A stretch of 64,000 nt of DNA from Salinisphaeraceae bacterium (GTDB lineage Bacteria > Pseudomonadota > Gammaproteobacteria > Nevskiales > Salinisphaeraceae), in contig NYTH01000008.1 of NCBI GenBank assembly GCA_002683405.1, positions 54,040-118,039 on the forward strand, read 5' to 3'. A model generated the notes under the pieces. That model saw nothing but the letters and a program-made list of their open reading frames with translations, had not been told where the DNA came from and ran no database searches. Below are positions 52,236 through 61,897 of the stretch, in pieces. Each line of letters opens with the position of its first letter. Position 1 is the first letter of the stretch. The position numbers were made by a program, and so were the translations under genes.

Positions 52236-53380
52236 GGGTTGACCTCCCGCGCCACGCGTTCCAGGTAGGCCCGCAGCGTGTGGGTGTACTGCGGCAGGTC
52301 CAGCAGGAATTCGTCGTGCCCGAGTTCGGACACGATTTCCGCATAGGACACCTGTTTGCCGGCATCCACCAGCGCATCGACGATTTCCCGGGAGCGCTCG
52401 GGCGAGAAGCGCCAGTCGCTGGTGAAAGAGATCACCAGAAAGCGGGCGGTTGCCGGCGCGAACGCGGCCTGCAGATTGTCGTCGTGGAGACCGGCCGGGT
52501 CGAAATAATCCAGCGCCTTGGTCATGAGCAGATAGGTGTTGGCGTCAAAGCGCTCCACGAAGCTCTGTCCCTGATGGCGCAGATAGGACTCCACCTGGAA
52601 TTCCACGTCGAAACCGTAGTTCAGACGGCCATCGCGCAGATCGCGGCCGAACTTGGCGCGCATGGCCTCGTCCGACAGATAGGTGATGTGGCCCAGCATG
52701 CGCGCCAGCATGAGCCCGCGACGGGGCACCACGCCGTGCTCGGCGTAGCGGCCGCCGTGAAATTCGGGATCGGTGACGATGGCCTGGCGGGCAATCTCGT
52801 TGAACGCGATATTCTGGGCCGACAGCCGCGGCGCGGCCGCGATGACCAGCGCATGCTTCAGACGCTCGGGATATTCGATGGCCCACTGCATCACCTGCAT
52901 GCCGCCCAGGCTGCCGCCGGCCACCACCGCCCACTGCTCAATGCCCAGGTGTTCCCGCAGCACGGCCTGGCTGCGCACCCAGTCGCCCACCGTGATGACC
53001 GGAAAGTCCGGACCGTAGGGGCGGCCGGTCTTCGGATGGGCGCTGGCCGGTCCGGTGGAACCCTTGTAGCCGCCCAGATTTGCCGGGCAGACGACAAAGA
53101 ACCGGTTGGTATCCAGCGGTTTGCCGGGCCCGATGCACTTGTCCCACCAGCCGGGTTTTCCGTCCGGCGTGTCGGCGTGATATCCGGCGGCGTGGTGGCT
53201 GCCCGACAGCGCGTGACAGATGAGTATGGCGTTGCTGCGGTCGGCGTTGAGCTGGCCGTAGGTTTCGTAAACCAGCTCGTATTCATCCAGCTGCTTGCCG
53301 CAGTCCAGCGCCAGCGGCTCGGTCACATGCAGCGTCTGCGGCTCGACCAGGCCTACCGAATCAGCGGGAAACTCGCCCAT
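52232..53380 (-). CDS. metX: Homoserine O-acyl(succinyl/acetyl)transferase MetX
   Basis: 382 aa with '[14 protein letters not shown]', the nucleophile '[11 protein letters not shown]' and 'SDWRFSP'. Confidence 0.95.
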   Translation of the reverse strand: MGEFPADSVGLVEPQTLHVTEPLALDCGKQLDEYELVYETYGQLNADRSNAILICHALSGSHHAAGYHADTPDGKPGWWDKCIGPGKPLDTNRFFVVCPANLGGYKGSTGPASAHPKTGRPYGPDFPVITVGDWVRSQAVLREHLGIEQWAVVAGGSLGGMQVMQWAIEYPERLKHALVIAAAPRLSAQNIAFNEIARQAIVTDPEFHGGRYAEHGVVPRRGLMLARMLGHITYLSDEAMRAKFGRDLRDGRLNYGFDVEFQVESYLRHQGQSFVERFDANTYLLMTKALDYFDPAGLHDDNLQAAFAPATARFLVISFTSDWRFSPERSREIVDALVDAGKQVSYAEIVSELGHDEFLLDLPQYTHTLRAYLERVAREVNP

Positions 53381-53384
53381 GGGC

Positions 53385-53945
53385 TTAGCGCAGCAGCGGA
53401 TGCAGCGGCATGAGCCGGCTGACGACCTGCAGGCCGATAATGACGACCAGCGGCGAGATGTCCAGGCCGCCGATCATGGGCATGCGTTCTCGCACGGGGC
53501 GCAGGATCGGCTCATTGATACTCCACAACACCGCCGTGGCCGGCGAGTGCGCGCCGGGCGCCACCCAGGACAGGATGGCCTGGATGATGATGCTGAAGGT
53601 GTACAGATCGCAGAGCATCACCAGGAGCTTGATGGCCGACAGCGCCACGGCCAGCACCGGTGCGGTGTTGAGCTGCGGGTAGAACAGCCCGTCGATCTGG
53701 ATGTTGATGAAACACAGCAGCAGGGCCAGCAGCACGGCCGGGATATCCAGATGTCGCCAGCGCGGAATGACGGCGCTTAGCGGCCGCAGCGGAGGGTTGG
53801 TTACCTGATAGACGAACTGCGACAGCGGATTGCGGAAATTCGCGTGCGTGAACTGCAGCAGCACCCGCACCAGCAGCACGATGATGTACAGCGCAAACAG
53901 CGTGTCGATCAGGAACATGAGCGCGCTTGACGTGCCGTAACCCAT
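53385..53945 (-). CDS. yggT: YggT-family membrane protein
   Basis: 186 aa with duplicated YGGT repeats ('LLVRVLLQF...[18 protein letters not shown]', '[10 protein letters not shown]...[10 protein letters not shown]'). Confidence 0.85.
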   Translation of the reverse strand: MGYGTSSALMFLIDTLFALYIIVLLVRVLLQFTHANFRNPLSQFVYQVTNPPLRPLSAVIPRWRHLDIPAVLLALLLCFINIQIDGLFYPQLNTAPVLAVALSAIKLLVMLCDLYTFSIIIQAILSWVAPGAHSPATAVLWSINEPILRPVRERMPMIGGLDISPLVVIIGLQVVSRLMPLHPLLR

Positions 53946-54775
53946 CAGTGGCCCTCCTGCGTGCTGGTGCCGGCCAGTTCGTCGGAAAGCGAAATGGAGC
54001 GATCCCGCGCCGCCTGCATGCCGCGCCCGATCACCGCTTCCAGCGAGTCCTGCTCGAAGCTTGCCAGCGCTCGTTCGGTGGTGCCGCCGGGCGAGGTCAC
54101 GTTCTTGCGCAGGGTGGCCGGATCATCGCCGGATTCCAGCGCCATGCGCGCCGCGCCCAGCGCGGTCTGCAGCACCAGCGCGCGCGCCGTATCGGCGGGC
54201 AGGCCCATGGTCTCGGCCTGTGCCTGCATGGCCTCGTACAGGCGGAAGAAGTACGCCGGCCCGCTTCCCGAGACGGCCGTCACACTGTCGAGTAGGGCTT
54301 CGTCTTCCACCCAGACCGTGCTGCCGGCCGTGCGCATGATGGCGTCCGCCAGGGCGCGTTGGTCCTCCGAAACGCCATCGCCGGCGTACAGGCCGGTCGC
54401 GCCGGCGCCGATCAGCGACGGCGTGTTCGGCATGCAGCGCACCAGCGCTGCGGGCGCGGGCAGCCAGGCGGACAGGGCGTCGCTGCGGATGCCGGCGGCA
54501 ATCGAGATGACCAGCGCCGGTACCGCGGGCAGGGCGCGTGCGACCGCCTGCATGACCTGCGGCTTGACCGCGAGCACCGCGGCGTCGCAGTCCAGCAGGG
54601 CCGCGCTGGCCGCCGCCTTGCACTGCACCCCGAAACGTGACGTCAGCGCCTCGCGTCGCGCCGGGTCGGGCTCCACGACGCGAATCCGCTCGGCCGGATG
54701 GTCGGCCGCCACGAGGCCGCCGATCAGCGATGCGGCCATGTTTCCGCCGCCGATGAATGTGAGGTTTTCCTGCAT
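53945..54775 (-). CDS. proC: Pyrroline-5-carboxylate reductase
   Basis: Start at MQENLTFIGGGNMA (Rossmann). 'VRCMPNTPSLIG', 'SGSGPAYFF' and 'VTSPGGTTE'. Confidence 0.93.
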   Translation of the reverse strand: MQENLTFIGGGNMAASLIGGLVAADHPAERIRVVEPDPARREALTSRFGVQCKAAASAALLDCDAAVLAVKPQVMQAVARALPAVPALVISIAAGIRSDALSAWLPAPAALVRCMPNTPSLIGAGATGLYAGDGVSEDQRALADAIMRTAGSTVWVEDEALLDSVTAVSGSGPAYFFRLYEAMQAQAETMGLPADTARALVLQTALGAARMALESGDDPATLRKNVTSPGGTTERALASFEQDSLEAVIGRGMQAARDRSISLSDELAGTSTQEGH

Positions 54776-54977
54776 GAATCTGCTGGATGGGAGAAGAAAC
54801 GGGTCTTGCGAAAGACCCGCGAATGATACTGGAAGCAGGCCCCGGATGCTCAATCCGCTCGGCGGCAAACGCGAGGGTCGGCATGGTCGAAAAGCCCGTC
54901 AGCGATTAGCATGGGCGCCCGTCGGGCAGCGCGCTTTTGCGCCGCCGGCCCAGAATCAACCGAATCGGAACCCGTGC

Positions 54978-56549
54978 ATGACCACCGACGTCAAGAAAGC
55001 CGCTGACGGCGCCCTCGCGCCGCCCATCGACGTGGGCGATGCCGAATACCTGCGCCTGGTCAACGCCGCGCAGGTCTACGACGTGGCGGTTGAAACACCC
55101 CTGGACTATGCCCGCAACCTGTCCGTGCGCTTTGAAAACGAGATCTTTCTCAAGCGCGAGGATCTGCAGCCGGTGCATTCCTTCAAGCTGCGCGGCGCGT
55201 ACAACAAGATCGCGCATTTATCCGCAGAGGCCCGCGAACGCGGCGTGATCTGCGCGTCGGCGGGCAACCACGCGCAGGGCGTGGCCCTGTCGGGTCGCAA
55301 GCTGGGCGTGCGCGCCGTGATCGTGATGCCGCGGACCACGCCCAGCATCAAGGTGCGGGCGGTGGAGGGCTACGGCGGCGAGATCGTGCTGCATGGCGAC
55401 AGCTATGACGAGGCGGCCGAACACGCCCACAAGCTGCAGGCCGAGCAGGGGCTGACCTACGTTCACCCCTATGATGACCCGGAGGTGATCGCCGGTCAGG
55501 GCACGGTGGGCATGGAAATTCTGCGCCAGCATCCGGGCCCGATCCACGCGGTGTTCTGCTGCGTGGGTGGCGGCGGGCTGGTGTCGGGCGTGGCGGCCTA
55601 TATCAAGTCGGTGCGGCCGGACATACGCGTGATCGGCGTCGAGCCGGCGGATGCGGCCAGCATGACCCGCTCACTGGAGGCGGGGGAACGGATTCAGCTG
55701 GAACAGGTCGGCCTGTTTGCCGACGGGGCGGCGGTGCGGCGCGTCGGGGAAGAGCCGTTCCGGCTGGCGAGCAAGCACGTTGATGCCATGCTGCTGGTGG
55801 GCGTGGACGAAATCTGCGCCGCCGTGCGCGATATCTTCGAGGATACGCGTTCGCTGGCGGAACCGGCGGGTGCGCTGGCCCTTGCGGGTCTGAAGAAATA
55901 TGCCGCGCAGACGGGCGTCAAGGGCGAGCATCTGGTCGCCATTCAGAGCGGCGCCAACGTCAATTTCGATCGGCTGCGGTATATCGCCGAACGCGCCGAG
56001 CTGGGCGAGCATCGCGAAGCGCTGCTCGGCGTGACGATTCCCGAACGGCCGGGCAGTTTCCGGCAGTTCTGCGAAATCATCGGGGCGCGCGGCATCACCG
56101 AATTCAACTATCGCTATGCGGACGCTCAGGAGGCCCATATTTTTGTGGGCGTCAAGCTGGGGGCGCCAGGCGAGCGCGCGGCGATCATCGAATCGCTGCA
56201 GCAGGCCGGTTATCCCGTCTTCGACCTGAGCAACAACGAAATGGCAAAGCTGCATGTGCGCTACATGGTCGGAGGGCGAGCCCGCGCGGCGGAAGAGGTG
56301 CTGTTCCGCTTCGAGTTTCCCGAACGACCGGGTGCCCTGCTCAAATTTCTGAATAACGTGGGCGATCGCTGGAACATTTCGCTGTTCCACTACCGCAATC
56401 ACGGCCACGCCTATGGGCAGGTGCTGGCCGGCATGCAGGTGCCCGAAGAAGAGCGCGGCCACTGCCGGGCGGCGCTGGATGAGCTGGGCTACGCGTATGA
56501 AGAGGAATCCGGTAACCCGGCCTACGATCTGTTTCTGAGCGGCGATTGA
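54978..56549 (+). CDS. ilvA: Biosynthetic threonine ammonia-lyase (threonine dehydratase)
   Basis: Start at ATG 54978. 'KREDLQPVHSFKLRGAYN' (PLP lysine), 'ASAGNHAQGVA' and two C-terminal ACT-like regulatory repeats. The 862-aa ORF extension is antisense to proC and was rejected. Confidence 0.95.
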   Translation: MTTDVKKAADGALAPPIDVGDAEYLRLVNAAQVYDVAVETPLDYARNLSVRFENEIFLKREDLQPVHSFKLRGAYNKIAHLSAEARERGVICASAGNHAQGVALSGRKLGVRAVIVMPRTTPSIKVRAVEGYGGEIVLHGDSYDEAAEHAHKLQAEQGLTYVHPYDDPEVIAGQGTVGMEILRQHPGPIHAVFCCVGGGGLVSGVAAYIKSVRPDIRVIGVEPADAASMTRSLEAGERIQLEQVGLFADGAAVRRVGEEPFRLASKHVDAMLLVGVDEICAAVRDIFEDTRSLAEPAGALALAGLKKYAAQTGVKGEHLVAIQSGANVNFDRLRYIAERAELGEHREALLGVTIPERPGSFRQFCEIIGARGITEFNYRYADAQEAHIFVGVKLGAPGERAAIIESLQQAGYPVFDLSNNEMAKLHVRYMVGGRARAAEEVLFRFEFPERPGALLKFLNNVGDRWNISLFHYRNHGHAYGQVLAGMQVPEEERGHCRAALDELGYAYEEESGNPAYDLFLSGD

Positions 56550-57625
56550 GCAGCGCCCTGCCGACCGCGTCGCCCCCGCCCGAGTCGGTCTGCCTGCTGC
56601 GACTGTCCGCGCTGGGCGACTGCATGAATGTCGTGCCGGTGGTGCGCAGCATGCAGGCCAGCTGGCCGGAGATGAAGCTGACCTGGCTGATCGGCGCGGC
56701 GGCCATGCCGCTGTTGGGGGATCTGCCCGGGGTGGACTTCGTGGTCTACGACAAGCGCAGCGGCCGGCGCGGGCGGCGGGCGCTCGCGGCCACCCTGCAC
56801 GAACGTCGATTCGGTGCGTTGTGCTTCATGCACGCCGGCATGCGTGCCAATCTGGTCAGCCGCGCTGTGCCCGCCGGGCGGCGCATCGGTTTCAACCGCG
56901 AGCGCTCGCGCGATCTGCACGGCCTGTTCGTGAACGAGCGTATTGCCGCGCCCGCCGGCCGGCACGTACTGGACGGTTTTTTCGGCTTCGCCGAGCATCT
57001 GGGCCTGCGCGAGCGCAGACTCGACTGGACGCTGCCGGTCTGCGACGAGGATCGTCGGGCCGTCGATGCGTTGCTGGATAATGAGCAGAAGCCGGTCCTG
57101 GCCATTTGCGCGCGGTCGAGCAACCCCAACCGGGACTGGCTGGCCGACCGTTACGCCGCCGTGGCCGATTTTGCGCAACAAACGCTGAACTGCGCCGTCG
57201 TGCTGGTGGGCAGCCCGGAAGCCTCGCACCGTCAGATGGCCGACGCGATCAAGGGGCATATGACCACGCAGGCGCATGATCTGGTCGGCCGCACCAGTCT
57301 GAAGCAGCTTTACGAGCTGCTGCGCCGCGTGCAGGTGCTGGTGGTGCCGGATTCTGGCCCAGCGCATTTTGCCAACGCGGGGCAGGCGGCGGTCATCGGC
57401 CTGTATGCCTGCAGTGAGTCGGCGCGTAGCGGTCCCTACAACAGCCTGCGCTGGTGCGTGGACCGCTTCGACCAGGCCGCCCGCGCGCTGCGCGGCAAGT
57501 CGGCGCGGGAACTGCCCTGGGGCGCCAAGCTTGAAAAGCCCGGCGTGATGGCGATGATTGAAACCGAGCACGTGCTGGCGCGCCTGGAGGCCTGGCACGA
57601 AGAACACCACCACAGCGGAGCATAG
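56546..57625 (+). CDS. Glycosyltransferase family 9 (LPS heptosyltransferase-like)
   Basis: 359 aa with a TTG start overlapping the ilvA stop. 'LLRLSALGDCMNVVPVV', 'WLADRYAAV' and 'VVPDSGPAHFA' are GT9 signatures. Confidence 0.8.
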   Translation: MSSALPTASPPPESVCLLRLSALGDCMNVVPVVRSMQASWPEMKLTWLIGAAAMPLLGDLPGVDFVVYDKRSGRRGRRALAATLHERRFGALCFMHAGMRANLVSRAVPAGRRIGFNRERSRDLHGLFVNERIAAPAGRHVLDGFFGFAEHLGLRERRLDWTLPVCDEDRRAVDALLDNEQKPVLAICARSSNPNRDWLADRYAAVADFAQQTLNCAVVLVGSPEASHRQMADAIKGHMTTQAHDLVGRTSLKQLYELLRRVQVLVVPDSGPAHFANAGQAAVIGLYACSESARSGPYNSLRWCVDRFDQAARALRGKSARELPWGAKLEKPGVMAMIETEHVLARLEAWHEEHHHSGA

Positions 57626-57634
57626 CGGGCAGGC

Positions 57635-58573
57635 ATGGCATCCGGAGCAAAGAAAGTCATCTATGCGGCGATGATCGGCAACGGTCTGATCGCCCTTACC
57701 AAATTCGTCGCCGCCGCCATTACCGGCAGCGCGGCCATGATGGCCGAAGGTGTGCATTCCGTTGTCGATACCGGCAACCAGGTTCTGCTTCTGCTGGGCC
57801 TGAAGCGGTCAAAACGTCCCCCCGACGCCAATCATCCCTTCGGCTACGGCAAGGAAGTCTATTTCTGGAGCTTCGTGGTTGCGATTCTGCTGTTCGCGCT
57901 GGGCTCAGGCATTTCGATCTACGAGGGGGTGCACAGCCTGCTTCACCCCGAGCCGCTTACGCACGTGTACATCAACTACATCGTGCTGGTGCTGGCCATG
58001 ATCTTCGAGGCCGGCGCGTGGTATTTCGCCTACAAGGAATTCAACAAGGCCCGCGGCAGCCTGGGCGTATTTGAAGCGGTACGCCGCGGCAAGGACCCGA
58101 ACCTGTTTGTCGTGCTGTTCGAGGACACGGCGGCCATGCTGGGGCTGATGACCGCCTTTGCGGGTGTGCTGCTCGGGCAGATTACCGGCAACCCGGTATT
58201 TGACGGCGGGGCGTCGATCGCCATCGGCGTCATTCTCGCGCTGACGGCCGTCTGGCTCGCTTTCGAAACCAAGAGTCTGCTGATTGGCGAAACCGCCACG
58301 CCCGAAGTGGTCAGCGGCATCCGCGAGATCGTGGGCGAATCGGAATCGGTCCGCGAGGTCAACGAAATTTCCACGCTGCACATGGGGCCCGATTTCGTGC
58401 TGGCCACCCTCAGCGTGCTGTTTGCGGCCGAGGCCCGTGCCGGCGAAATCCAGGATGCGGTGGCCGAGATGAATCGCGGGATCAAGCGGCGTTTCCCGGA
58501 GGTCAAGCGGGTCTTCATCGAAGGGGAAACCCGCGAAATCGCCCGGACCGAGCGGGGCGCGCCGGACGTCTGA
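57635..58573 (+). CDS. Cation diffusion facilitator (CDF) family metal efflux transporter
   Basis: 312 aa. 'AEGVHSVVDTGNQ' (TM2 metal site), 'HPFGYGKEVYFW' and a C-terminal cytoplasmic domain. Confidence 0.9.
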   Translation: MASGAKKVIYAAMIGNGLIALTKFVAAAITGSAAMMAEGVHSVVDTGNQVLLLLGLKRSKRPPDANHPFGYGKEVYFWSFVVAILLFALGSGISIYEGVHSLLHPEPLTHVYINYIVLVLAMIFEAGAWYFAYKEFNKARGSLGVFEAVRRGKDPNLFVVLFEDTAAMLGLMTAFAGVLLGQITGNPVFDGGASIAIGVILALTAVWLAFETKSLLIGETATPEVVSGIREIVGESESVREVNEISTLHMGPDFVLATLSVLFAAEARAGEIQDAVAEMNRGIKRRFPEVKRVFIEGETREIARTERGAPDV

Positions 58574-58695
58574 CCGGCGCCGCCGGGCCGACAGCTGCTG
58601 CCGATACCCCGCGGGGTCATGGCGCATGCCCAAACGGTAATTGTCCTGCACTGCCGACCGGTCGTAAGGTCGCAACGGGTTCACCGGGAGCTGTC

Positions 58696-59160
58696 ATGAC
58701 ACCTGCCCAAAAAGCCGAGGCGCTGATCCGGCGCTACTTCGACGCCTGCAACAACGCCGACGCCGTCGCCATGGCCGCCTGCTTCACCGAGGACGCCGTC
58801 CACTACTTTCCGCCCGGTCTACCGAACAACCCGTTCCGCGGTGCCAGGGCTATCGCCGACATGTGGGTCTGGTGCGTGAAGACCCTGGGTTCGCGCTGGA
58901 CCATCGAGCGGGTGCTGGTTGCCCCGGACGGCCGGGAAGCCGTCATCGAATGGACCCACTGGAAAACCGGCATAGACGAGGTGCTGCGCGGCGACGAATG
59001 GTACATCTTCAACGAAGATGTAACCCTGATCGAGGAAATACGGGCCTATTACGCGGCGCCCGCCGACAAGTCGGTTTCGGTTAATCAACTCAAGGATTTC
59101 GACTATGCTGGCCGCGGCTATCACATGGCGCCGCCATCCCCGCCGCCAAAGCTGGACTAG
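58696..59160 (+). CDS. NTF2/SnoaL-like fold protein
   Basis: 154 aa. 'ALIRRYFDACNNADAVAMAACFTEDAVHYFP' is a typical SnoaL-like N-terminal helix-and-cone pattern. It lies 5 nt upstream of the aldehyde dehydrogenase gene. Confidence 0.7.
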   Translation: MTPAQKAEALIRRYFDACNNADAVAMAACFTEDAVHYFPPGLPNNPFRGARAIADMWVWCVKTLGSRWTIERVLVAPDGREAVIEWTHWKTGIDEVLRGDEWYIFNEDVTLIEEIRAYYAAPADKSVSVNQLKDFDYAGRGYHMAPPSPPPKLD

Positions 59161-59165
59161 ACCGG

Positions 59166-60689
59166 GTGTTGGCCGGTCACCAGATCATCGCGGGCCGGGG
59201 CGAGCCGGGTAGCGGGCCGGTCTTTCGGGCCGTCAATCCGGCCGACGCCGCCACGCTGGCGCCCGACTATGCCAGCGCCACGCCGACCCAGGTTGACGCA
59301 GCCTGTAACGCGGCTCGAGACGCGTTCCCGAATTTTGGCAATACGGCGCCCGACCAGCGGGCCAGCCTGCTTGAAGCCGTTGCCGCGGAAATCGAAGCCG
59401 TCGGCGAAGCGCTGATCGAGCGCGCCATGGACGAAACCGGCCTGCCGGAAGCCCGGCTGCAGGGCGAGCGCGGTCGCACCACCGGCCAGTTGCGCATGTT
59501 TGCCGAACTGCTTCGCCAGGGTGATGCATTCAAGCCGGTGGTTGACGCCGCGCTGCCGGATCGACAGCCCGCGCCCCGGCCGCATCTCGTCCGGCTCAAT
59601 CGTCCGCTCGGCCCCGTCGCCGTGTTCGGCGCCGCCAATTTTCCGCTGGCGTTTTCGGTGGCGGGAGGGGATAGCGCCTCGGCGCTGGCCGCCGGTTGTC
59701 CGCTTGTCGTGAAGGCACATCCCGGCCATCCGGGCACCTCGGAGATCGTCGGCCGCGCCATCGCGCGTGCGGTAGAAGCCTGTGGGCTGCCGGGCGGCGT
59801 GTTTTCGCTGCTGTTTGACGACGGGCATGCGGTCGGCGGCGCGCTGGTGCAACATCCTGCCATCAAGGCGGTCGGCTTCACCGGTTCGCGTCGCGGCGGT
59901 CTAGCGCTGTCCGCCCTGGCTACCGCCCGGCCCGAGCCAATTCCGTTCCATGCCGAAATGGGCAGCATCAACCCCGTGTTTTTCCTGCCCGCCGCGTTGT
60001 CCGCCAGGCCGCAGGGGCACGCCGAGGCTGTGGCCGCCTCCATGCAGATGGGCGCCGGCCAGTTTTGCACCCAGCCGGGCCTGCTGGTTGCGATCGAAGG
60101 CAGTGCGCTGGACGCCTTCGCTGCCAGTCTGGCCGCCACGGTGGAGCAGGCGGTCTGCCAGACAATGCTCACGCCCGGTATTTTTCAGGCCTACCAGCAG
60201 GCCGTTGAGCGCCGAAGCAGTACGCCGGGTGTGATGCTGCTGGCCCGGGCAGGGGCGCCGGGCCAGCCCAACCGTTGCCGACCCTGTCTGTTCGCCGTGG
60301 ACGCCGGCACCTTTCTCGCCGATGCATCGCTTGCCGAAGAAATCTTCGGCGCCAGCAGCCTGCTGGTGCGGTGTCGCGATGCCGATCAGATGCGCGACGT
60401 AGCACGATCGCTGGAAGGCCAGCTGACGGCAACCCTGCAGCTTGAAAACGCGGACGAATCGCTGGCGCGCGATCTAATGCCCGTGCTGGAGGGAGTGGCG
60501 GGGCGCGTGCTGTGTAACGGGTATCCCACGGGCGTGGAAGTCTGCGCGGCCATGATGCACGGCGGGCCGTATCCGGCGACCACCGATGGACGAACCACTT
60601 CAGTGGGGACTGCGGCCATGCAGCGATGGTTACGGCCGGTTTGTTATCAGGGATTGCCGGATTTTCTGCGGCCCGAGGCAGAGGGTTGA
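59166..60689 (+). CDS. NADP+-dependent aldehyde dehydrogenase (alpha-ketoglutaric-semialdehyde dehydrogenase-like)
   Basis: 507 aa with a GTG start. 'RTTGQLRMFAELLRQG', 'FSVAGGDSASALAAGCPLVVKAHPGHPGT', 'FTGSRRGG', 'EMGSINP' and the catalytic Cys in 'GAGQFCTQPG'. Confidence 0.9.
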   Translation: MLAGHQIIAGRGEPGSGPVFRAVNPADAATLAPDYASATPTQVDAACNAARDAFPNFGNTAPDQRASLLEAVAAEIEAVGEALIERAMDETGLPEARLQGERGRTTGQLRMFAELLRQGDAFKPVVDAALPDRQPAPRPHLVRLNRPLGPVAVFGAANFPLAFSVAGGDSASALAAGCPLVVKAHPGHPGTSEIVGRAIARAVEACGLPGGVFSLLFDDGHAVGGALVQHPAIKAVGFTGSRRGGLALSALATARPEPIPFHAEMGSINPVFFLPAALSARPQGHAEAVAASMQMGAGQFCTQPGLLVAIEGSALDAFAASLAATVEQAVCQTMLTPGIFQAYQQAVERRSSTPGVMLLARAGAPGQPNRCRPCLFAVDAGTFLADASLAEEIFGASSLLVRCRDADQMRDVARSLEGQLTATLQLENADESLARDLMPVLEGVAGRVLCNGYPTGVEVCAAMMHGGPYPATTDGRTTSVGTAAMQRWLRPVCYQGLPDFLRPEAEG

Positions 60690-60719
60690 TCTGGCGGCGT
60701 GCGCCCGGTCATTCAGGGT

Positions 60720-60747
60720 CAGCGCCGCGGCTGTTGCGCTGCCTTTT
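60720..60747 (+). terminator. Possible terminator after the aldehyde dehydrogenase gene
   Basis: cagcgc-N10-gcgctg stem followed by ccttttc. The stem is short and the T-run has only 4 T. Confidence 0.35.
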
Positions 60748-60864
60748 CGCTCCAGCTGACCAGACAGAAGAAAGAAGACGCGGCAATTTTCTCGTGGCTT
60801 GCGGCCGATTGCGCGGCCTACCAGACTGGGACCGTGCGAGCGAGAATATCCGGGGTAGCAACAC

Positions 60865-61890
60865 ATGAAATTTGGCGTATTCGATCACGTGGACGCCAGC
60901 GGCGAAGCCCTGGGTCAACACCTTGCGACTCGGCTCGACCTCGCCGAGGTCTACGATCAGTGCGGCCTATATGGCTATCACGTGGCGGAGCATCACGGCA
61001 CGCCGCTGGGGCACGCGCCGTCGCCGAGCGTGCTGCTTTCCGCGGTGAGCCAGCGCACCACGACCCTGCGTATCGGCCCGCTGGTCTACCTGCTGCCGCT
61101 GTACCACCCGCTGAGACTGATCGAGGAAATCTGCATGCTGGATCAGCTGAGCGACGGGCGCTTCATGCTGGGGGTAGGCAAGGGCGTCTCGCCGTTCGAG
61201 CTGGGCTTTTACGGGGCCGATCCGGAAACCGCCCAGGCACATTATCAGGAGACGCTGGACTGCATACTCCAGGGGCTTACCAGCGATACGCTGACCTTCA
61301 ACGGTCAGCACAGCCGATTCGACAACGTCCCCATGACGCTGCGGCCGGTGCAACAACCGCATCCCCCGCTGTGGTACGGCGCGATCAATCCCGAATCTGC
61401 GGTGTGGACCGCGACGAATGCCGTCAACATCGTCACCATTGCGCTAGCCGAAGGCGGGCGTGCCCTGACGGATCGCTACCGCGCCGAATGGGAGAAGCTG
61501 GGCCGAGACCCGGCAGAGCTGCCCCTGATGGGGATCAGCCGCCACGTGGTGGTGGCGGATACCGAAGGCGAGGCCAAGCGGATGGCGGCTCGCGCCTACG
61601 CGCTGTGGCGGGCAAACTTCGTCAAACTCTGGCATGAAGCGGGTGTGGACGTGCCCTTCATCAGTGCGCTGTATCCGGAAACCTGGGACGCCCTGGAAGC
61701 CATCGGCAACGGCTTTGCGGGCACAGCCGAGCAGGTCGCTGACTATGTGCACGCCGAATCCGAGGCCGCCGGCGTGAACTACTTCGTGTCCTGGTTTGCA
61801 TTTGGCGATCTGACGTTCGAACAGGCCGCGCGATCGGCCCGACTGTTCTCCAGGCAGGTGATCCCGGCCTTCGAACCCAACGCGATATGA
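60865..61890 (+). CDS. LLM-class (luciferase-like) flavin-dependent oxidoreductase
   Basis: 341 aa with 'MKFGVFDH', 'YHVAEHHGTP' and 'LDQLSDGRFMLGVGKG'. Confidence 0.88.
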   Translation: MKFGVFDHVDASGEALGQHLATRLDLAEVYDQCGLYGYHVAEHHGTPLGHAPSPSVLLSAVSQRTTTLRIGPLVYLLPLYHPLRLIEEICMLDQLSDGRFMLGVGKGVSPFELGFYGADPETAQAHYQETLDCILQGLTSDTLTFNGQHSRFDNVPMTLRPVQQPHPPLWYGAINPESAVWTATNAVNIVTIALAEGGRALTDRYRAEWEKLGRDPAELPLMGISRHVVVADTEGEAKRMAARAYALWRANFVKLWHEAGVDVPFISALYPETWDALEAIGNGFAGTAEQVADYVHAESEAAGVNYFVSWFAFGDLTFEQAARSARLFSRQVIPAFEPNAI

Positions 61891-61897
61891 GGGCGCC

